Assembly: GCF_964355755.1 (NCBI RefSeq)
Contig: NC_092673.1
Coordinates: 186,001 to 250,000, forward strand
Source: Antedon mediterranea
Lineage: Eukaryota; Animalia; Echinodermata
Direction: 5' to 3'
Length of the DNA stretch: 64,000 bases
The first letter of the stretch is position 1. Every line of letters starts with the position of its first letter. This document shows positions 56,190 to 64,000 of this stretch, piece by piece. A program made the position numbers and the translations under genes. The notes below the pieces were generated by a model. The model did not search any database. It worked only from the letters and a program-made list of their open reading frames with translations, and was not told where the DNA came from.

Positions 56190-58050
56190 ACGACTAACGT
56201 ACATATCTTCTATTGAAAAGGCCAATACCTCTTGGAATGAAAGAGTTGGGATATCGGTTCGTGTTAGCCGCCGGTACCCTCAGTCTACCGCTGCGTTGTA
56301 CCAGGGAAGAGTTAAATTAACTCTTCCCTGGTTGTACTATGCAACTGCTAATAGTCGAATGCAACGGGTGACTTTCGTCAGACATTACGTCATCAAATTT
56401 ACCAGCTAATCGTTCTTGGTAGAGTGTACCGACTGCAATTCTGTACCGATAATCCTCTCAAACCTATTGACAAACCTTTGTAGTCTGTCCCTATCACCTT
56501 GTGAGATGTTTCCACCCCAGCAAACCAAACAATGGCTATATAAACCGAGAATAATGGAATTATAGTAAGATAACAATATTTCTTTTCGTACATCAAATGA
56601 ATTCAGTTTCCTGAAACAGAACATCCTTACGTTAGTTTTTTAACCAAATGATCAATAAAAATACCCCACGAAAGTTTGTTATCGTATGTCACCCCCAGAT
56701 ACTTATAAGATGTGACCTGTGCGATTTCTTTATTTTCAATTACAATTATTTCTTTCTTTACCCGCTTTTGTTTTCTATAATCGATTACCATTTCTTTGGT
56801 TTTCTCAGTATTAATTTCAAGAAAATTATCCTTACAGTAAGCAACAAACCTTAGGATTTCTGTATAATATTTTGACAGGTCGTCCTTCTTAATCAGACCT
56901 AGGATCACCGAATCATCTGCGTATTTAATTGTGGGACATTCGATAGCTGATCTGAAATCAGCAGTGTATAGGCCTATAGTAAACAGAAACGGAGCTAGCA
57001 CGGTGCCTTGTGGGGCGCCAGTACTAGTATACAGGGTATCGGAAAAGAGGTTACCAATTCGTACAAATTGTGACCGATTCGTCAAATAATTAAGAACAAA
57101 AGTGATGAGATAACATGGGACATTCATATTAATCAGCTTATTGGCCATAACATGTGGTTGAATTGTATTAAAAGCTGATGAAAAGTCTAAATACATCAGC
57201 CGCACTGAATGTCCCTTGCTAACTTATTCTAAATGAGAGTAAATTCTGTCATTTTTAAAAAGTAATGCATCTTCAGTGGAACAATTATTACAATACGCAA
57301 ATTGCAGAGGGTTCATATAGTTCTTAACTAGTGGTTTTAACATATTAACTACAATTTTCTCAAGAACTTTCATGTCCGTAGACGTGAGAGCTATTGGACG
57401 AAGATCATTCATCACACTGATCACTGGTCGTTTAGATATAGGTACAATACATGATTTCTTCCAGATATTCGGAACCACCTGTTTTGTGAGACAGAGATTG
57501 AACAATCTGTTAAAAACAGAAGATAACTGGTCGGCACAGACCTTCAGTACCCTAGGCAGTATCATATCCGGACCAGATGCTTTCGATGTCTTAAGGTTCT
57601 GAAAGTACTTACGGACAACAGATTCTTCAGTAGAACATTCAGTCGTTACATTATTATTTCCCAGTTTGTCTAATACCGTATCTCTTTCAACTTTAAAATC
57701 ATGCTTGTCAAAACGATTGAAGAAGCTGTTCAATTTATTTGCATAATCACATGATACATCTGGAAGAGAGGTTGATTGTTTCTTGCCATTCGCAAAGCCA
57801 TTTAACAGTTTTTGTTGGTAAAATACTATCAGTACAACCAGGCAATCTATGTAGCCGCATTCATTAATGTCATTTGAACTGTCCAGGAAAACCCCCCAAT
57901 CTGTACATTCAAATGCTCCAATAAGCTGTTCTTTAGTTTCATGTGTCCATCTACGAACAGTACGTTTCTTCGGCTTTTGTTGTTGGCAAATCGGTTTATA
58001 TCTAGGTGCAAGTGAAACGAGGTTATGGTCACATTTTCCTAGGTTAGGAA
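56190..58050 (-). mobile_element. 5'-truncated, decayed non-LTR retrotransposon (Rex1/Babar-CR1 group) reverse transcriptase
   Basis: ORF fragments 57224-57733 (KASGPD, LRPIALTS, LQFAY, STEDA), 56627-57205 (LDFSSAFNTI, GAPQGTVLAPFLF, YADD, YKYLG), 56399-56624, and a C-terminus HPLH...SGRLRVPAANTNRYPNSFIP; interrupted by stops and frameshifts. Confidence 0.93.
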
Positions 58051-58664
58051 AACTTCATACGTATTATTTTTTTACTTTTACTCCTTATTATAATAATCGA
58101 ATTAAGAGTGGGACTATACTTTGGAAACATTTTTCTTTTTTATGAGGCTCTTTTTCAAAAACTTTTTACGATGTTTCAAGACAAAATAGGCCTAATTTGC
58201 TGAAATACATATCGGAAATATTTAAAACATGATGGAATTAAAACTAATTCATCCGCCGTTTAATTATCTGAATAACTAATTGAAAGTGAACCAAAAAGTT
58301 TAATACCCAGAAGATGCTCAGGAAATGTTTTGGAAATGGTAACATGTAAAATCAAATAGGCCTAAATAGGCCTACTCTCTAAATATGAAAACATAACATA
58401 TTTAATATCGAGAAGTGATACAGAGTAAAAATTGTAACTGCTTTGTAAATTGTAATATCATGTCAAGAATTCTACTTCAAATAGAAATACAATATTGTGT
58501 ATATACCGTAATGCATTGTGGCGGGGCGTTTATTACGAGGGAGGTGAGTATTCGAAGTGGGGCGTTTATTCGAATAAAGATACTATGTACGTGGCGGCGC
58601 ACTATACTATGATTTTCGTGACCATTTTTGGAGACCAAAACCGCGGGAGTTTATGTTTATCATC

Positions 58665-61600
58665 ATGTCGAAGAGAACCCTGAAAGAAATACAAAGTAAC
58701 AACATTTCAAATTTAATTATACAATCTAATGTGCCATCAATTTGTGGAGATGAGCCATGTTGTCTTGGAATTGATGAAGCCGGAAGGGGTCCAGTTTTAG
58801 GTAGGTTAAAATGCTAGGCCTCCCTAGCAGGGATCCCCTAACTAGCCTAGCAGCTAACCTACTAAAAGGCCTGGCTAGTCGATCTCTCTGACTAAGCTAG
58901 TTCGTGTAGCGTAGGCTAGTCGATCTCTCTGACTAATCTAGTCCGTGTAGCGTAGGCCTAGTTAACTAACTACCTAAAAAAGGCTCTACTACTAGGCCTA
59001 GGCTTAGTAGTAGGTTAGACTCTTAAGGCTATACAGTATGTTGAATAATGAATAAAAAAACACGAATTCTTTGTTATTTTATTTATATATAATTCTTCAT
59101 CATACTTGTTATGTTACTTGTTTACTTCTTTTTGTGTTTGTATGTAAACATTAAATGTCTTTTTTTTTGTAGGGCCTATGGTGTATGGCATTTGCTATTG
59201 TCCAGTTTCAAAGAAAGATAAACTGAAAGAAATGGGATTTGCAGGCGAGTTTAGTTCTTTTTATAGTCTAATTTTTTTACGCCGTGGTTAGGATTCCGGC
59301 ACCGGAACTCAACTGCCCAGCGTTAGGGAATCCGACACGCTATTGCGCATGCCCAGAGCGAGGTAATCGGCGACTCTATACTTATCAACAGCGATGGATC
59401 ATTTCATAGCACGGCGAACTAGCCTAGATGCATACTATACGGGATCCACTAATCTAGGCTAGGGCTACCAGTTAGACGTGACCAGTGGGTCCTATTTATT
59501 TTGTAATTAAAAAGTGGTTGCTTCATTCATATATAAACTTCATATCATTATGAATTATATAATTACATGACTAGTTTTATGATTTTTCATAACGCATTAT
59601 ACTGTACATAACAACATGCAATCACAAGTTGATTTGTTGACGGCAAAAAAACTGTTCGGGAAGTCAGGGTCGCAACGCTAAAAACAGCATTACGATTCAA
59701 GATAGATACTGATACTTATTAATATCATTATAATTATTTTAACGCGTGGCGTAGTCGTATTTTAATTATTAATTCATGTATGGCATCGCAGGCCAAGTTT
59801 CATCCATGGCTCTCTAGGCCAAGTTTCATCCATCGCTCTCTCGCTCGCGCAACGACTATCTAGGCTACAGTAAATCCCTATAACACTCCGACTCTCGGTG
59901 GTGTGGTGTGTGTGTGGCACTATTAGTGCAAGCTATAATTCACTTCCCAGAGCTCTGGGCATGCGCAATAGCGTGTCGGATTCCCTAACGGTGGGCAGTG
60001 GAGTTCCGGTGCCGGAATCCTAACCACGGCGATTTTTTTATGAAAATTGACTTCCTTTCTTTGTGAAATAAAGAGGCAGCTGACGATGTTCGTAAATTGT
60101 CTTACAAAACTTTTGTACAATGTCAAGAACTTGGTAATAAGTTTTATTTCTTACTTTTAGAATTTGTACAAATAACTTTGACAATTTACTAATATTTTCT
60201 GCAGATTCTAAAACTTTATCAGAAGAAAAGCGTGAAGCATTGTTCACAAGTATAGAAGAGGCCAATGATGTATTAGGGTTTGAAGTTGAAGTTATATCAC
60301 CTACATTTATATCCAACAATATGCTAAAGAGGTTAAAGATTTTAAAACAGAAATATGCATAGACATTTTTAGAAACTGTGTAGAATATTTCCTTCTCTCT
60401 AAAATTCATTCCAACTTCCATTATTATTATTTGGTTTGGTAATTTGAAAATCATATTAAAATATAATTCAGACTACAAAAGTGCACAATATAGGTTGTGT
60501 TTTACATCGCTTCTTTACGGAATCAAATTAATATGTCAAATATCAAATATATATGAGTGTGGCTCTTGCATGATGTAATATTTGTTGTACTGGTTATATA
60601 AAAAATATATAATTACTGATCATGAGCATAATGAAAATAATCAATTCTTTATTCTTGCAGAAGCAAGTACAGCTTAAATGCAATATCCATGGACTCTGCG
60701 ATAGGTCTTGTCAACCTTGCATTGAAAAATGGAGTTAATCTCACTGAGGTAAGTTTTAGAGAGAAAGAATCTAAAATGTGAATTAACAAATAAGATCCTG
60801 TTATACTATGAAGGCATAGTCAAACTTTTAAATCAAAGGAAAAGGCATGCTCTGTTATGCATTTAAATTATGCATCCACCTGAGTTTCCCAATAATTTGA
60901 TAGTTTACAAGGAAATAATTAAAATTTAAAAAAAAATTACATTTAAACATTCAACATTAAAATAAAACAGTAATGTCACATAAGATTACGTCTTATATGA
61001 GTTGAGATTATACTGTTTTGTGATGTACAAATAAGGGGTTAGAGGAAGTAATGTTATACACCATGAATGATATTTTTACTTAGGTTTTTGTAGATACAGT
61101 TGGACCTGCTGCCAAGTACCAAGAAAAGCTGCAAGGATTATTTCCAGACTTAAACATTACAGTTGAATCTAAGGCTGATGCAAAATTTCCTATAGTCAGT
61201 GCTGCCAGTATATGTGCAAAGGTAAATTATTAAACATAAAAATCAAACACAAAATGTTTTTATCAATTGTAACCTATGATCGAATCGTGGTAGTAATCAA
61301 TCACAGAGTCTTGAAATCCAGCTATAAATACAACACTTTATCTCCATCCTCAAACCCACAAGGTCTCTCCGTGAACTATATAGTGACGTTCACTTATAGG
61401 GTTTCAATATCATAGAATTTGATTGACCCTAAACTTTTTAAATAGGTGGTTCGAGATAGAGTTTTAAAATCGTGGACATTTCCTGAGGGTGATCAGTATA
61501 CACTAGGTGAAAATGGTGTCTCAGGATATCCTTCAGGTACGTAAGACTTCAAATTCAAGACTTCAAAAAAAACATACAGTACATAATATTTATTTCATTT

Positions 61601-62202
61601 CATTTTCGTTTCAAAACAAGGACAGTACAAAGGTACAACAATAAAAATAACAGAGAAACAAGAGATGACAGGTTAAACCTGTATTTATCTGATTGATGCA
61701 CTAGGAATTAAGCTAGGTTTTGGAAGGCAAGGGTGTGAGGCTTTGCATAATGCGCTATATAGCCCTGTACTTGATACTACTTCATGCTTGCTGTTTGCTT
61801 TTTATATAACAGATCCAAATACAAAAAAGTGGCTTCGTGAAAATATCGATAAAGTGTTTGGTTTTCCAAGTGTTGTGCGATTTAGTTGGTCTACGGCCAG
61901 CTTTATTCTAGATGAGAAAGCAGTCAAAGTATTTTGGTAAACACATTTTTGTTTTTTTCTAATACTGTTTTGGATAATATACTCTGTGATATCAAAACAC
62001 TCTGAATAGAATTATATTTAAATAGTATATATTGTATATTTATATTATTTGATTTTTGTTCTTTAGGGATGATGAAGAAGAAGATGAGGATACGAAAGGA
62101 ACAAAGTCAGTGCTTACATTTTTCGCCCCTAAGGACTCCGACAAGTTTAAAAAACATAAATTCTTTGAAGAACGACATTTAACTCAAGTTACTGAATTTT
62201 GA
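58665..62202 (+). CDS. RNASEH2A: Ribonuclease H2 catalytic subunit A, 8 coding exons, ~303 aa
   Basis: Exons 58665-58800, 59173-59244, 60205-60331, 60661-60748, 61084-61221, 61446-61536, 61813-61936 and 62067-62202 splice in frame (912 nt including TGA). The translation contains the RNase HII motifs [53 protein letters not shown] and FGFP..VRFSW. All acceptors are AG; donors are GT except GC at 59245. An alternative in-frame ATG lies at 58653 and AATAAA at 62257. Confidence 0.97.
59280..60031. mobile_element. Non-autonomous MULE-like MITE in RNASEH2A intron 2
   Basis: ~80-bp near-perfect TIRs (CGCCGTGGTTAGGATTCCGGCACCGG...) and a 9-bp TSD ATTTTTTTA at 59271-59279 and 60032-60040. Confidence 0.92.
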
Positions 62203-62903
62203 ACATTTTTGTAAATATTTATACACAGTTTTTACACTTTACAACTTCATTGGAATAATAAATTATCATGAAATATTAAATTTGCGCAATACTGTTTCAT
62301 ATTTAAGTAACTGTACTGTCTCTCTTTCAAAACATTAGTGGGAACCACGTGGTACATCAGTGGTCCTGTCTGGATTCCATAGAATCCTTTTTCTGTTTTG
62401 TTGATTTACAGGTATTTAGAAAGCAGATAATGTAAAGTTTTCAAGCTGAAGCAATGAAATGTAACAGCATTTACTACAGAACTCGTGGTGTACCGCAAAC
62501 TTTTGATTTTGCCATGCAAACTCTTGTTTATATCATCAAAGAATATTCTTATTTTAATGTAGTGAGCCCTCTATCACATAAATTTTCTTTGTGATAATTC
62601 TATTTTCTTGAAGTGAGCCCTCTATAATTTCGTCTCTAAACTTTTACCGAAATGGCAACTTGTTATTTTTCCAGCTCTATATATATATATTTCTGATAGA
62701 GAAGAGAATTGTTCATTTAATTGTAATGGTCTTCAATTGTGCTATATAAGAAAGTATAGTTTACACATTGAAATTATTTATAAATTCATGAGGCAAATGG
62801 AAGAACCACGGAGTCAATATTCGTTGATATTTTTTTTAAACAGCAGACAAGGAAGGCAACGGCGGAGTTGTTTTAAAATTGCTTTATTTATTTGAATACC
62901 TTA

Positions 62904-63033
62904 TAGTCAGGCAGCATTTGTATTTTACTTCATATATTTAGCCAAGTTTGATTTTTCACTTTTAAAAGTGAAAAATCAAACTTGGCTAAATATATGAAGT
63001 AAAGTTAATATAGTGACAAATGCTGCCCGACTA
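62904..63033. repeat. Palindromic element with an 80-bp loopless core
   Basis: 62924-63003 is a perfect palindrome centred on TTTT|AAAA; the outer arms are TAGTCAGGCAGCATTTGT and ACAAATGCTGCCCGACTA. Confidence 0.9.
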
Positions 63034-63285
63034 TTAGCCGTTCCCTGAATGAATGACCAGACTGTTTTAGTAACACGCAGTATAAAAAAGTGTTACAAAT
63101 ACTAAAAGAACTACTAGGCCTACTGAAGTTATTAGTAAACATTTAAATTAAAGAGTAAAATTGAAAATAATATTTCACACAGAGGCTTCATGCATGCACA
63201 CGGATGTATTAATCTCCGCTGAGTACAAATTAAAATATTATACGTACAATAAAAAATAAAAAAACATAGTACTGTAGTCGTAGAA

Positions 63286-63412
63286 CTAGTAGTAGTAGTA
63301 GGCCTACTAGTAGTAGGCCTACTAGTAGTAGGCCTACTAGTAGTAGGCCTACTAGTAGTAGGCCTACTAGTAGTAGGCCTACTAGTAGTAGGCCTACTAG
63401 TAGTAGGCCTAC
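63286..63412. repeat. 15-bp palindromic tandem repeat (TAGTAGGCCTACTAG)n, ~8 copies
   Basis: Seen directly; source of the PTTSR and LLLVG ORFs. Confidence 0.95.
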
Positions 63413-63694
63413 AAGACAATATAATACAACTGCGACCACTGACTTAAACTTAAGTTTTGTGCAATATGTGTGTGTTATTTCTTCTTATTCGTAAAATCTT
63501 TAAGAAGAATTTCTATTGTTATTTTATTATGATAATTAATGGACAAATAAAGCATTTCGGTAATTTCTTCAGATAATTACCAGATAAAGCTATACAATTT
63601 TCAATCACCGACACGGTAAACCGTATCAGATCGATTAGTCATGGATGAATGGACACATAAAAAAGGTCAAGAAAATGTCATTGTCTTCGCCATT

Positions 63695-63856
63695 TCTGAC
63701 CAATCAGAATACTTTACATGGTTGGTTTGTCCAATCACGTTAGCTCTATTCAAATGATTTCGTTTGGATACAGATTTTAATTTTCATCATCTTTTTATCC
63801 GCTGTGGAGAATCGTATTGTTCATAATTTGTCTGTTTTGTCTCAACAAACTGAAAG
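63695..63856 (+). promoter_or_regulatory. Possible promoter and first non-coding exon of a gene continuing beyond the window
   Basis: Two CCAAT boxes (GACCAATCAG ~63700, TCCAATCAC ~63731) followed by an AAG|GTATGT donor at 63856/63857. Confidence 0.35.
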
Positions 63857-64000
63857 GTATGTTTATTATATATGCTTCTGCATAATATATTACGAAATAC
63901 TATAATTTACAATATATAAGAAACATTATAAATTTCTATGATATTAACTGCTCAGTCAGGTTAAAAAGAAGTAAAATGTGCATGATTACCACCACCAGCC

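Noticed and set aside
58504-58590. GC boxes upstream of RNASEH2A as Sp1 sites
   Set aside because: The GGGGCGTTTATT repeats after TACCGTA resemble a decayed Tc1/pogo-type MITE end, so a regulatory role cannot be supported from sequence alone.
60038-60454. 138-aa minus-strand ORF
   Set aside because: Antisense shadow of RNASEH2A exon 3 and its introns.
63132-63439. Mucin-like (PTTSR)n and (LLLVG)n ORFs
   Set aside because: Products of a 15-bp palindromic tandem repeat; no supporting gene structure.

Overview
AT-rich, intron-rich animal genomic DNA, probably a marine invertebrate and possibly an echinoderm (inferred from gene and repeat content, not proven). Nearly all ORFs in the supplied track are spurious or derived from repeats; the real genes are spliced and were rebuilt by hand. 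(1) A complete 8-exon RNASEH2A gene (+, 58665..62202) with a GC-AG intron. (2) A 123-aa secreted neuropeptide-precursor-like gene (-, coding exons 23952..24041 and 21093..21374) that is absent from the ORF track. It has a signal peptide and two dibasic-flanked, non-amidated SGFFN pentapeptides resembling achatin-type peptides, plus a candidate 5' exon and promoter near 39.3 kb. (3) Two tandem, disabled SUEL/rhamnose-binding-lectin copies (-, 47.6-48.1 kb and 52.9-55.1 kb). (4) A possible small convergent gene (+, exons near 10.2 and 14.8 kb). The rest is a decayed Rex/CR1-group LINE, other LINE 3' remnants, MULE-like and Harbinger-like MITEs with clear target-site duplications, a non-autonomous Helitron nested in a MITE, tRNA-derived repeats, several minisatellites and a strong excess of the palindrome TAGGCCTA that looks like a transposon footprint.
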